Source: Myxococcota bacterium | GTDB taxonomy: Bacteria; Myxococcota_A; UBA9160; UBA6930 | Assembly (NCBI GenBank): GCA_965223705.1 | Contig: OZ245015.1 | Coordinates: 448,001 to 512,000 of the forward strand | Reading direction: 5' to 3' | Length of the DNA stretch: 64,000 bases | Part shown: piece by piece, positions 51,397-60,858 of the stretch | Layout of the letters: the number at the start of each line of letters is the position of its first letter | How positions within the stretch are numbered: the stretch's first letter is position 1 | Notes under the pieces: generated by a model | The model's input: the letters and a program-made list of their open reading frames with translations, nothing else | Databases searched by the model: none | What the model was told of the DNA's origin: nothing | Position numbers and translations under genes: made by a program

Positions 51397-52667
51397 CCGA
51401 TGACCTCGCAGAGCGTCTCGAGCGCTGCGTGGAATACCTCTCGCTCGATGTTCAGAGCCGGCGTGATCGACAGCACGGAGCCCAGGGGGCCGGAGGGCAA
51501 GGTGATTACGCCGCGCTCGAGCGCGGCGCGGCACGTCGCGATTGAGCTTTCCGGTCGCGCGAATTCGATGCCGATCATCAAGCCGAGCCCGCGAACGCAA
51601 CGGACGCTCGCACGAGCGTCGAGCGCGTCCGTCAAGAACGCGCGGGCTTCGTCGCCGACGCGCGCGGCGCGCTCGGGAAGTTTCTCTTCCTCGATCACGG
51701 CCATGTTGGCCAGCGCGGCCGCGCAGCTCGGCGGATGTCCGAGGAAGGTCTGGGTATGCAACGCCTCGCCCGTCGACACCGGCCAAGCGTCCATCACGTG
51801 CTCGAGACCGAGACACGCGGAAATCGGCATCCCGCCGCTCAGCCCTTTGCCGACGCACATCAAGTCGGGGACTACGTCTTCGTGCTCGCAAGCGAACCAG
51901 GTCCCGGTCCGACCGAAGCCCGTGTACACCTCGTCCGCGATGAGGAGGTAGCCCTGATCATCGCAAAGCGATCGCAACTCGCGGAGGAAGCCCCGCGGAG
52001 GGACGACCTCGCCGCCGCGACCGAGGACGGGCTCGACGAGAACGGCGCCCACCGGGGTCGGGCAGGTTTCCGCTGCGCGAAGGACGTCCGCTGCGTCGCC
52101 GTAGCGCGCAAAGCGCGTCGTTTCGGGAAGCCGCCCGACGAACGGCGCTCGGAAGCGCTCGCCGTGGGTGACCGCCAACGTGCCGAGGGAGACGCCGTGG
52201 TAGGAGCCTTCGAAAGCGACGACACCGTCGCGGCCTGTGGCGAGCGACGCGGTCTTGAGTGCGGTTTCAACGGCATCGGCGCCGCTCGACACCAGGGTGA
52301 CCCGGGCCTTGGCGCCGCCGGGGTAGCGACCCGAGAGCGCTTCGAGCAGCTCGACCTTGACCGCCGACGGGTAGACGTCGCCCATCCCGTGCAGCAACGC
52401 GCCGGCTTGTTCGCGGACAGCGGCGACCACGCGGGGGTGGCTGTGCCCGGTGTTCGCGACGCCGAACGCGGCGGATAGGTCGACGAACCGGTTGCCGTCG
52501 ACGTCCCAGACGTTGGCACCGGACGCGCGCTCCCAGAAAATGGGAAGCGGATCGATGCAAGTGACGTCGGAGGTCTCGGCTTGCGCGAGGCGCGAGGCGA
52601 GGGCGCGGGAACGCGGCCCCGGGATTTCGCTGCGAGCTTCCGGCGGGTATGTCTGCGGGGCCGCCAT
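51393..52667 (-). CDS. Class III PLP aminotransferase
   Basis: DVDGNRFVD, FEGSYHG, EPVLG.GG, ADEVYTGFGRTG, GKGLSGG, TFLGHP. Confidence 0.9.
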   Translation of the reverse strand: MAAPQTYPPEARSEIPGPRSRALASRLAQAETSDVTCIDPLPIFWERASGANVWDVDGNRFVDLSAAFGVANTGHSHPRVVAAVREQAGALLHGMGDVYPSAVKVELLEALSGRYPGGAKARVTLVSSGADAVETALKTASLATGRDGVVAFEGSYHGVSLGTLAVTHGERFRAPFVGRLPETTRFARYGDAADVLRAAETCPTPVGAVLVEPVLGRGGEVVPPRGFLRELRSLCDDQGYLLIADEVYTGFGRTGTWFACEHEDVVPDLMCVGKGLSGGMPISACLGLEHVMDAWPVSTGEALHTQTFLGHPPSCAAALANMAVIEEEKLPERAARVGDEARAFLTDALDARASVRCVRGLGLMIGIEFARPESSIATCRAALERGVITLPSGPLGSVLSITPALNIEREVFHAALETLCEVIG

Positions 52668-52697
52668 TGCGCCAGTGTAGCGAGTAGACTTCCGCCG

Positions 52698-53225
52698 ATG
52701 GCCGGAAGCGCCAACTGCTATGTCGCGCTCGGTGCGAACCTCGGAGATCGACTCGAGCACCTGGAGCTCGCGTTGCGCTGCTTCTCGGGCGATCCCCGCC
52801 TCGACGTCGTGGCGGTGTCGCACGTGTATGAGACCGCCCCGGTGGGCGGACCCGCGGACCAACCCGCTTACTTGAACGCGGCGGCGGCTCTGCGCGCCGA
52901 CGTCTCTCCCGAGGATCTACTTGCGAAGCTCCTCCGCATCGAATCGCGCGCCGGTCGCCGTCGCGACGGTGTCCGCGACGCGCCCCGGGAGCTCGATCTC
53001 GATCTGCTCGATTTCTCCGGGCGCAGCATCGAGTCGCCGGAGCTCGTGTTGCCCCACCCGAGGCTCCATCTGCGCGCTTTTGCCTTGTTGCCCCTGCGAG
53101 ACGTCGCACCCGATTGGGTGCATCCGGTAACCGGACGTACCGTAGATGCTCTGTTGGAAGAGGCGGTGGACCGCCGCGACGCGCGCCGCCTAGAAGGAGT
53201 CCGCCTGTGGCCATTGTCGCCGTAA
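52698..53225 (+). CDS. folK: HPPK
   Basis: VALGANLGDR, YLN, PRELDLDLL, LPHPR...RAFAL.P. Confidence 0.93.
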   Translation: MAGSANCYVALGANLGDRLEHLELALRCFSGDPRLDVVAVSHVYETAPVGGPADQPAYLNAAAALRADVSPEDLLAKLLRIESRAGRRRDGVRDAPRELDLDLLDFSGRSIESPELVLPHPRLHLRAFALLPLRDVAPDWVHPVTGRTVDALLEEAVDRRDARRLEGVRLWPLSP

Positions 53226-53512
53226 GCCTTTCTCCCGTCGGTGAGGGCGTCAGCGTCGGTGCCGACGTCGCCCGAGCCCTCGCCGTGTTGAAGAATCAAG
53301 ACCGGGTTCGCTGGGAGCTCGGCGCCATGTTTACGACCTTGGAAGGCGAGTTGCCCGAGATCTTCGATCTGATCCTCGCGATGCGAGAAGCCATCTTCGA
53401 GGCGGGCGCCCTGCGCGTCGGTGCCGTCATCAAAGTCGACGAGCGGCGCGACCGTTCGGTGTCGATCGACGACAAACTCGCCTCGGTGGAAGCGCGCCTC
53501 GAGGATCAGTAG
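53207..53512 (+). CDS. MTH1187/YkoF thiamine-binding family protein
   Basis: SLSPVG, AMFTTLEG, RV...KVDER; GTG with AGGAG SD. Confidence 0.85.
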   Translation: MAIVAVSLSPVGEGVSVGADVARALAVLKNQDRVRWELGAMFTTLEGELPEIFDLILAMREAIFEAGALRVGAVIKVDERRDRSVSIDDKLASVEARLEDQ

Positions 53513-53543
53513 CGTTGCTCGCGGAAGCAGTGGGAGACCCACC

Positions 53544-54089
53544 ATGACCAAGAGGATCGAGGCGCCTTTCATCCTGGGGCGGAGACAGTTCTTGGCGGCG
53601 ACAGCTTGCGTGCTCGCGTCACCGGTTCAGGCCGTCGCGCGCGACGCTGCACCGGCGCTTTCCGAGTCGACGCGTACGGCTCTCGCAAAGAGCAAGTTCG
53701 TCTACGTCTCCCCGATTCAGTCAAACGGTGAGGAGAGTCGCTGCCACGGCGAGGTGTGGTACGGCTGGCTCGAGGGCTCGGTCTTCATGACGTGCGCCTC
53801 GGACAGTTGGAAGGTGCGGGCGGTGAAGAAGGGCCTCGACCGCGCGCGAATTTGGGTGGGCGACTACGGGCGCTGGCGGAAGGCGCTCGGAGAGAACCGG
53901 GATTTCTTGAATGGGCCCCGCTTCGAGGCGGCGGCCAGCGTCTCCGAAGACACGGATCAGGTGGCGAGGCTCCTCGCGGAGCTCGCCCGCAAGTACCCGA
54001 AGGAGTTCCCCGGCTGGAAGGACCGAATGGAGTCGGGCCACCGCGACGGCTCGCGGTTGCTACTCCGCTACACGCCGGTTTCCGCTTAG
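53544..54089 (+). CDS. Tat-exported PPOX/split beta-barrel-like protein
   Basis: GRRQFL Tat motif with VQA cleavage site; VW...SWKV...LARKY pattern. Confidence 0.55.
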   Translation: MTKRIEAPFILGRRQFLAATACVLASPVQAVARDAAPALSESTRTALAKSKFVYVSPIQSNGEESRCHGEVWYGWLEGSVFMTCASDSWKVRAVKKGLDRARIWVGDYGRWRKALGENRDFLNGPRFEAAASVSEDTDQVARLLAELARKYPKEFPGWKDRMESGHRDGSRLLLRYTPVSA

Positions 54090-54178
54090 CCGGGCCCCTC
54101 CGGGGCTTTCGTCAAGCGAGCTCTTCTGACGGCCGATACGACCTGTAGCCCTCGTGTGATGGGCAACCGGAGACGGCC

Positions 54179-54541
54179 ATGCGGAAACTCTTGTCCTTGG
54201 CGAAACAAACTGGCGGCGGGTTCGCCCTCGCGGCGGCACTCGTGCTCGCTCCCGGCGGTGTCACGTTGGTCCACGCCGGAACCTCGGATCGGCAAACCGT
54301 TCGCGGTCCGGTCGCGGGTGTCAAGGACGAGGCGATCTGCACCGCCGACGATCAGCCCGGCCCGGCCAAAGCGCTCGCCGCGCACCGGGAGATGCGGGCG
54401 AAGCTCGCGGCCGAGATGGAAGCCGCCAAGGCATCTGGCGAGTTCATTCCGCTCGACGGCAATGGCTACAACTACGCCCTCGAAGATCGGCAGCGCGGGG
54501 AACTCATCCGCGCAGCGCTCGAAGCGGCGGAGAAGCGGTAG
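54179..54541 (+). CDS. Secreted hypothetical protein
   Basis: GGAG SD, signal peptide ending VHA. Confidence 0.65.
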   Translation: MRKLLSLAKQTGGGFALAAALVLAPGGVTLVHAGTSDRQTVRGPVAGVKDEAICTADDQPGPAKALAAHREMRAKLAAEMEAAKASGEFIPLDGNGYNYALEDRQRGELIRAALEAAEKR

Positions 54542-54607
54542 CCCGAAGTCACATTGCGTCGGATCGTCTGAGCTACCGTTTCGCGAACTCGCGGAAAGGG
54601 GCTCACA

Positions 54608-55636
54608 ATGAAGCTCGGACTCATGGTCGGGTACTCCGGCGGCTCGATGACCATCGACACAGAATCAATCCTCGAGGCCGAGCGTCTCGGGTTTGACTCC
54701 GTATGGACGGCCGAGGCTTACGGCTCTGACGCGGCTACACCGCTGGCCTACATCGCCGCGCTGACGGACCGCATCAAGCTCGGTACCGCGATCTTCCAGA
54801 TGCCGGCGCGCACGCCCGCGATGACCGCGATGACGGCGATGAGTCTCGACGCATTGTCCGGCGGGCGCTTCATCCTCGGGCTCGGCCCGAGTGGTCCCCA
54901 AGTGGTCGAAGGGTGGCACGGGGTGCCCTACGGCCGCCCGCTGACGCGCACGAAGGAATACATCCAGATCGTGCGGAAAATCTTGGCGCGCGAAGGACCC
55001 CTCGAGCACAAGGGCTTTCACTACGAGATCCCCTACATGGGAGATGGCTCGACCGGGCTCGGCAAGCCGCTAAAGAGCATTCTCCGCGGTCGGCCCGACA
55101 TGGAAATCTTCACCGCGTCCATCGGTCCGAAGGGCATCGCGTGCAGCGGCGAAGTCGCGGACGGTCTGTTTCCGGTTTGGATGGATCCGCAGAAGCCCGA
55201 ACTGTTCGACCCGTATCTCGCCGAGGGGTTCGCGAAGCGAACCGACGGCAAGAAGCGGGAGACGTTCCGCATGGCGCCGTTCGTCACCTGCGTGATGGGC
55301 GACGACCTCGAACGTTGCCGCATGCCGGTGAAGGGGATGCTCGCCCTCTACATCGGCGGCATGGGGGCGCGCGGGAAGAATTTCTACAACGACTATGCGA
55401 AGCGCATGGGCTACGAAGCCGAAGCCGTGGAGATCCAAGATCTCTACCTCGCGGGCAACAAGAACGAAGCGATGGCCAAGGTCCCCGACGCGCTGGTCGA
55501 TGAGGTCGCGCTGGTCGGCTCGGCGGATCGCATTCGCGATCAGCTCGCCAGGTGGAAGGGCACGACGGTGAACGACATGCTCATCTCGTGCAATCAGAAG
55601 CCCGCGCTGCGTGTGTTGGCCGAGTCGATTCTCTAG
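54608..55636 (+). CDS. LLM-class F420-dependent oxidoreductase (Rv3520c-like)
   Basis: [45 protein letters not shown]. Confidence 0.88.
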   Translation: MKLGLMVGYSGGSMTIDTESILEAERLGFDSVWTAEAYGSDAATPLAYIAALTDRIKLGTAIFQMPARTPAMTAMTAMSLDALSGGRFILGLGPSGPQVVEGWHGVPYGRPLTRTKEYIQIVRKILAREGPLEHKGFHYEIPYMGDGSTGLGKPLKSILRGRPDMEIFTASIGPKGIACSGEVADGLFPVWMDPQKPELFDPYLAEGFAKRTDGKKRETFRMAPFVTCVMGDDLERCRMPVKGMLALYIGGMGARGKNFYNDYAKRMGYEAEAVEIQDLYLAGNKNEAMAKVPDALVDEVALVGSADRIRDQLARWKGTTVNDMLISCNQKPALRVLAESIL

Positions 55637-56646
55637 TCGACGCGCTTCCGCGCTCGAGTGAGCGCGTCGATCGCGTCGTCGATGTCAGCGCGCGTGACAC
55701 CCAGGTGCGTCACCGCGCGGAAGCGCGTCGCGGCGAAAGCGATCAAGAGGACGCCTTCCTCACGCGCCGCTTCGAGAAACCGCGATCCGGCGTCACAGTG
55801 AAACATCACGATGTTGGTTTCCGGCTCTTCGACGGCGAAACCGCGCTCGCGAAGTCCGGTGGCGAGCCGCCTCGCGTTGTCGTGATCTTCGGCCAGCCGG
55901 TCCAGGTGATGCTCGAGGGCGTAGAGTCCGCCGGAGGCGACGATCCCCGCTTGTCGCATCCCGCCGCCCATACGCTTGCGGAACCGGTGAAGCGTTTCGG
56001 CGTAGGCCGAACTCGTCGCGACGAGCGAGCCCACCGGCGCACCGAGTCCTTTCGACAGGCAGCACGAGACCGTGTCGAAGGGAGCGGCAAAATCGCGGAG
56101 GGGAACCCCCGTGGCGACGGAGGCGTTCCAGATGCGTGCGCCGTCCAGGTGAATTGCCAGGCCGCCCGCACGACCGGCGTCCGCGATTTTTCGAATCGTC
56201 TCGAGCGGGAAGATTCTCCCGCCCGCGGCGTTATGGGTGTTCTCGATGGCCACCACGGTCGCCGGAGCTCGGTGGGGATCTCGCGGGGGGAGCGCTTCGC
56301 GGAGGTCGTTTTCGTCGAAGAGGCCCGTCTCGCCCAACGTGTGGATGTGCAACCCCGCCAGTGCCGAAGCCGCGCCGGATTCGTAGCGCAGGATGTGCGC
56401 GCCGTGCCCCGCGATGACGACGTCCCCCGGACGGGTCAACGTCTGCAACGCGACTTGGTTGGCCATGGTTCCGGACGGGAAGAAGAGCGCCGTCTCTTTC
56501 CCGAGCAGGGACGCAACGCGCTCCTGCAAACGATTCACGCTCGGATCTTCGGCGAAGACGTCGTCCCCGACGGGGGCGTCCGCCATCACTTTTCGCATGG
56601 CATCGGTAGGGCGCGTCAACGTGTCGCTGCGGAGGTCGATCGGCAT
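55633..56646 (-). CDS. ltaE: Low-specificity L-threonine aldolase
   Basis: [35 protein letters not shown]. Confidence 0.93.
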   Translation of the reverse strand: MPIDLRSDTLTRPTDAMRKVMADAPVGDDVFAEDPSVNRLQERVASLLGKETALFFPSGTMANQVALQTLTRPGDVVIAGHGAHILRYESGAASALAGLHIHTLGETGLFDENDLREALPPRDPHRAPATVVAIENTHNAAGGRIFPLETIRKIADAGRAGGLAIHLDGARIWNASVATGVPLRDFAAPFDTVSCCLSKGLGAPVGSLVATSSAYAETLHRFRKRMGGGMRQAGIVASGGLYALEHHLDRLAEDHDNARRLATGLRERGFAVEEPETNIVMFHCDAGSRFLEAAREEGVLLIAFAATRFRAVTHLGVTRADIDDAIDALTRARKRVD

Positions 56647-56702
56647 GCGGAAAAGCATAGCCCCGGCGGCGACCGCTCCCGAGGGTACGTTAGCGTTGCG
56701 CC

Positions 56703-57473
56703 GTGACCTCCGAAGAGCGAAATCGAGAAGCGCAGCTCGCCGATGCTTGGCGCCGCGCATCGCGCGTTTCGATCCTCACGGGAGCCGGCCTTTCCACGGC
56801 GTCGGGTATTCCCGATTTCCGCTCCCCAGGTGGGCGTTGGGAACGCTACCAGCCCGTTCCGCTCCCGGAGTTTCTCGAGAGCGAGACGTCTCGCGAAACG
56901 TATTGGGGCTACAAGCGCGAGACGTGGCCGGTCATCCAGGCCGCCGAGCCGAATCCCGCCCACGACGCACTGGCCTCACTCGGCCGAGCCGGGAAAATCG
57001 CGTTGTTGGTCACCCAGAACGTCGATGGTCTGCACGAACGCAGCGGGTTTCCGACAGACCGCCTGGTGAACATTCACGGCACCGACGCTCGGGTCCGGTG
57101 TTTGTCGTGCAGCGAGGGGTTCAGTCGGGAGGCGATTCAACATCGGCTCGAGGAAGGCGAGCGGGTCCCGCGGTGCGCGTGCGGAGGGTTGCTCAAACCC
57201 GAGACGATCTCCTTTGGACAAAGTCTCGTCGAAGACGATTTGCAACGCGCGTTCGAGGGCGCGGCGAAGTGCGACTTGTTCGTCGCCGTGGGAACGTCTC
57301 TGGTGGTCGGTCCGATCAACGCGATGTTTGACATCGCGGAGCGGGCGGGAGCCGAGACCGCGATCTTGACCGCGAGCGAGACACCTTTCGATGAGCGGGC
57401 GGGACACCGGCTCCACAGTCCACTCGAAACGGTGCTGCCGGCCTTGTGTGCCGGCGTTCTCGGAACGCACTAG
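56703..57473 (+). CDS. cobB: Sir2/CobB NAD-dependent protein deacylase
   Basis: [24 protein letters not shown], CxxC/CxC Zn site, GTSL.V. Confidence 0.92.
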   Translation: MTSEERNREAQLADAWRRASRVSILTGAGLSTASGIPDFRSPGGRWERYQPVPLPEFLESETSRETYWGYKRETWPVIQAAEPNPAHDALASLGRAGKIALLVTQNVDGLHERSGFPTDRLVNIHGTDARVRCLSCSEGFSREAIQHRLEEGERVPRCACGGLLKPETISFGQSLVEDDLQRAFEGAAKCDLFVAVGTSLVVGPINAMFDIAERAGAETAILTASETPFDERAGHRLHSPLETVLPALCAGVLGTH

Positions 57474-57517
57474 TCCCGAAATCGGCAGGTAGAAGGCGTC
57501 TCGCGGCGTTTTTTTGT

Positions 57518-57545
57518 TTGACTCCGTCGGTGGAATTCGTAACAT
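57518..57545 (+). promoter_or_regulatory. sigma70-type promoter for the histone gene
   Basis: TTGACT-N16-TAACAT with an upstream T-tract. Confidence 0.55.
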
Positions 57546-57633
57546 CCGGCGGCCCGCAACGAACGGGATCGCGTTTCGCGGCTCGGCGGGTCCATCGAAA
57601 AGTTAAAACCGTTCACGGGGAAAGAGGTAGGAC

Positions 57634-57849
57634 ATGGCAGCACGAAGAAAGAAGACGACCCGCCGCCGCTCGTCGAAGCCGGCAGAGCTGATTATTTCGA
57701 AGGCTCGCACGAAGGCTTCCGTCAAGAAGTGCAACGTTGGCGCGGAATTCTACGAGGCCCTCGACAAGGTCGTCCGCGACATGATCAAGGGCGCCGAGGC
57801 GCGCGCGATCGGCAACAAGCGCAAGACGCTGAAAGCGGTCGATCTCTAG
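57634..57849 (+). CDS. Bacterial histone-fold protein with a basic N-terminal tail
   Basis: 71 aa; alpha1 LIISKARTK, alpha2 AEFYEALDKVVRDMIKGAEARA, RKTLKAVDL (RKTxxxxD) terminus; AGAGG SD. Confidence 0.88.
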   Translation: MAARRKKTTRRRSSKPAELIISKARTKASVKKCNVGAEFYEALDKVVRDMIKGAEARAIGNKRKTLKAVDL

Positions 57850-57877
57850 CAGCGCTTTGCCGGAAACGGCACGATAA

Positions 57878-57919
57878 AAGGCGGCGCGGGTCAAAGCCCG
57901 CGCCGCCTTCGTCGTTTTT
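57878..57919. terminator. Bidirectional hairpin terminator
   Basis: 13-bp stem AAGGCGGCGCGGG/CCCGCGCCGCCTT flanked by A- and T-runs, between convergent genes. Confidence 0.75.
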
Positions 57920-59081
57920 AACCGTCCTCTTGGTCTTCGAGGGGTTCCGTGAAATGCGCGGGAACGACGCTTCGGTCGAGGTTGGCTCCGACTCGGAACA
58001 GATGAACGAGGGAGACTCGCCGCGCGACCTCTTCGAGGCCGAGCCCGCGTCGCGCCGCCACGTACTCGAGGCCCGCGCTGGCAATGGTGAGCGCTTTGCG
58101 GAGTGCCGCGGGTAGCGTTTCGGCATCGCCCAGCGGAAGGCGGTCCGCCACCGCGACCCGGTTCGCAAGCGCAATCAGACGAAACAACGCCGCCTGCCTG
58201 TGTCCCTCGTCGAGTGCCTGCAAAGCGAGGAGCAAACTCGGGGTGTCCTCCCGCAGGTCCGGAAGCCGCGGGATCCACACCGGAAGGGACCAGGTTCCGA
58301 TCTCGTGTTCTTCTGGCACGAGATCCCACGTGTGCTCCGGGACGAGGGCGTAGATCTCCAGCGAGGTTTCCTCGTCGGGGAACCCGAGATCCTGCAAGCG
58401 CCCTTCTCTCCAACGCCGCGCCCACTCGCGGTTTTCCGTCGGAAGCTCCCACGACACGGCCTGCAACATGCGGAAATAGCGCCAGTAGTCCTTCTGGAAG
58501 AGGATCCGCAGGAACGTGGTCACGTCCGCAAGATCATCCTGCTCGCGCCGCGCGGTGTAGTAGAACTGACCGTCGAGACTTTGGGCCGCGTCCGGAACTT
58601 TCTCTTCGTCCTCTTTGGTTTTCATGAAGACGTCGACCCGGTCCGCTAGCCAGAGGTAGACGAGCTCGGGATCGAGTTCGTGGCTCACTCGGAGCGCGGC
58701 GTCCTCGCCGGAATTGACGAGTGCGACCATCCACTCGGAGAACTTTGTGGGATCGGGCTCCCGGATGCCCCACGTATCGAGATCCACGCACGCGACCCAC
58801 TGCTCCGGCGTCGCGATGCCGAGCAGCCAGCCGGCATCGTGGAGCCCGATCGCTTTGGCGGTAAAACAGAGCTCGGCTTCCGGCAGCAACGGGACCACGT
58901 TTTCGGGTTCATCGAGGAGACCGAGAAGTTCGGCACGCGCCGCAACCGGGGTTTCGCAGATCACGGCGACGCACTGATCCGCGTCGAGCGAATTCAGTGT
59001 CGCAGAGGCCGCCGCGCGGTCTCGCCGAGCGAGACGCAGCAGATCGCCAGACAGTTCCCGAGGCGCCGCAACGGGTTTCAT
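57918..59081 (-). CDS. DUF6178-like protein
   Basis: ATPEQ..CVDLDTW, RWREGRLQDLGFP, LANRVAVAD, LFRVG recalled from this family. Confidence 0.65.
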   Translation of the reverse strand: MKPVAAPRELSGDLLRLARRDRAAASATLNSLDADQCVAVICETPVAARAELLGLLDEPENVVPLLPEAELCFTAKAIGLHDAGWLLGIATPEQWVACVDLDTWGIREPDPTKFSEWMVALVNSGEDAALRVSHELDPELVYLWLADRVDVFMKTKEDEEKVPDAAQSLDGQFYYTARREQDDLADVTTFLRILFQKDYWRYFRMLQAVSWELPTENREWARRWREGRLQDLGFPDEETSLEIYALVPEHTWDLVPEEHEIGTWSLPVWIPRLPDLREDTPSLLLALQALDEGHRQAALFRLIALANRVAVADRLPLGDAETLPAALRKALTIASAGLEYVAARRGLGLEEVARRVSLVHLFRVGANLDRSVVPAHFTEPLEDQEDG

Positions 59082-59158
59082 AGCCGCAATCTAGCGCGCG
59101 CGGCGTCAAAGCTATGATCCCTGTCCGTGATGTGTTCCGGACGAGGAGGCGGGCTCCC

Positions 59159-59764
59159 GTGATCAGGCTCCCCGAGATTCGAGGCGCGCTCCGGGCCAAG
59201 ACGCCCGCGGAGATGGATCCCGAGGGGCGCAACCAGGCGGCCGTGGCGATGGTTTTCCGCGACGAGCCCGAAGCGACCGAAGTGCTCTTCATCGAGCGCG
59301 CGAGCCATCCGGCGGATCCGTGGTCCGGCCACATGGCCTTTCCCGGCGGGCGTGTCGATCCGGTGGACGCATCCCTCCGGGCGGCCGCCGAGCGCGAGAC
59401 GCGGGAGGAAGTCGGTGTCGAGCTCCGCGGTGCCGAATATCTGGGACGGCTCGACGACATCGAGGGCTATCGGGGCGGTCGCAAAGTGGGCCTCGTGATC
59501 AGCGCGTTCGCGTACTACCACCCGGAGCCGGAAGAGCTCATCCCGTCCTACGAAGTCGCCGAGGCACTTTGGGTGCCGGTCTCACGGCTCTGGGATCCCA
59601 CGCACCGGGTCGATCATCACCACCAGGGGGCGGGGCCGTATCCGGGAATTCAGGTCAGCGAGTCGGCGAGCCACATCGTGTGGGGCCTCACGTACCGCTT
59701 CGTGCAGAACTTCCTCGACTCACTGGGCTTGGACCGCGCCGGAGGCGCCGGGCCGCATCCCTAG
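59159..59764 (+). CDS. Nudix CoA pyrophosphatase
   Basis: DPWSGHMAFPGG, RETREEVG, VWGLT; GTG after GAGGAGG. Confidence 0.88.
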   Translation: MIRLPEIRGALRAKTPAEMDPEGRNQAAVAMVFRDEPEATEVLFIERASHPADPWSGHMAFPGGRVDPVDASLRAAAERETREEVGVELRGAEYLGRLDDIEGYRGGRKVGLVISAFAYYHPEPEELIPSYEVAEALWVPVSRLWDPTHRVDHHHQGAGPYPGIQVSESASHIVWGLTYRFVQNFLDSLGLDRAGGAGPHP

Positions 59765-59949
59765 CGTTCGTTCGAATACCCCGCGCATTCTCGGACCGGA
59801 AGCTCGGGGTAGCGGCGAAAGGCCGGGTTCTCGTCGGCCAAGCCGCAGCGATAGAACGCACTGCCTCGCCGATTGCGGGTGATGCGGGCGTGTCGGCAAG
59901 CGGCGCACAAGCCCGCCGTGCCGTTTTCGTCGCGACTCGGTTTTCCCAC
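59761..59949 (-). CDS. Small Cys-rich hypothetical protein
   Basis: GLCAAC...FYRC...YPELPVREC; TAGACT 6 nt before GTG. Confidence 0.65.
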   Translation of the reverse strand: MGKPSRDENGTAGLCAACRHARITRNRRGSAFYRCGLADENPAFRRYPELPVRECAGYSNER

Positions 59950-59973
59950 GCGGCGAGTCTACAATCCGCGACC

Positions 59974-60858
59974 ATGCCCCGCAGAGGACGCCGCGACCGA
60001 ATCGACCGAATCCTCGAGCTGACCGAGCGTCTGCTCGGCCGCCACGTGCCGGATCCCCCCGGAAAGGACGTCTTTCGAGACACGGCGGCGTTTCGCTGGG
60101 ATGCCCGGCGCGGGCTCGGCGCCCTTGTGCCGATCGCAGCGCCGCAAGGTTTTGATCTCGACGACTTGGTCGGCGTCGACCGCGCCCGGACGCGACTCCT
60201 CGACAACACGCGTCAGTTCTTGGCGGGCGTCCCTTCGAACCACGTCCTTCTCTACGGCGAACGCGGGACCGGGAAATCTTCGGCGGTGCGCGGCCTCCTG
60301 ACGCGCTTCGCGTCCGAGGGCTTGCGGCTCATCGAGCTCCACAAGAGCGATCTCGTCCATCTTCCCGAGGTGCTCGAAGCGATTCGCGGCGCGCCGTTCC
60401 GGTTCCTGTTGTTCTGCGATGACCTCTCCTTCGACGAGGGGGAGACGGGCTACCGCGAACTCAAGGCGGCATTGGAGGGAAGCCTCGAGGCACCACCCGA
60501 GAACGTGCGGATCATCGCCACCAGCAACCGCCGCTATCTCCTACCGCAGAAGCGCTCCGAGAACGCCGAAGTGCGGGTCGACGAAGACGGAGAGCTCCAT
60601 CCCGGCGAGGCCCTCGAAGAGAAGCTCGCGCTCGCCGATCGCTTCGGACTCGTGCTCGGTTTTTTCTCCTTCGACCAAGACACGTATCTGGCGATCGTCC
60701 GGCGCTACCTCGAGAAAGACGGCGGGCCCGAGCTCGACCCGGGGCTTCGGGAGGAAGCGCTGCGCTGGGCGCTCGATCGCTCGAGCCGATCCGGGCGCAC
60801 GGCGCGCCAATTCGTCGATGACGTTCTCGGCAGGGAGGCGCTCGCCGCCGAGCGCTAG
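59974..60858 (+). CDS. DUF815 AAA+ ATP-binding protein
   Basis: NHVLLYGERGTGKSS, FCDDLSF, ATSNRR, DRFGL, RSGRTA.QF. Confidence 0.88.
   Translation: MPRRGRRDRIDRILELTERLLGRHVPDPPGKDVFRDTAAFRWDARRGLGALVPIAAPQGFDLDDLVGVDRARTRLLDNTRQFLAGVPSNHVLLYGERGTGKSSAVRGLLTRFASEGLRLIELHKSDLVHLPEVLEAIRGAPFRFLLFCDDLSFDEGETGYRELKAALEGSLEAPPENVRIIATSNRRYLLPQKRSENAEVRVDEDGELHPGEALEEKLALADRFGLVLGFFSFDQDTYLAIVRRYLEKDGGPELDPGLREEALRWALDRSSRSGRTARQFVDDVLGREALAAER

Noticed and set aside
56703..57473. Sir2 anti-phage defence effector
   Set aside because: It is a Zn-finger CobB-type deacylase in a housekeeping context, with no defence partners.
57703..57714. ARTK match to the histone H3 N-terminus
   Set aside because: A four-residue match inside alpha1, not in the tail; probably chance.
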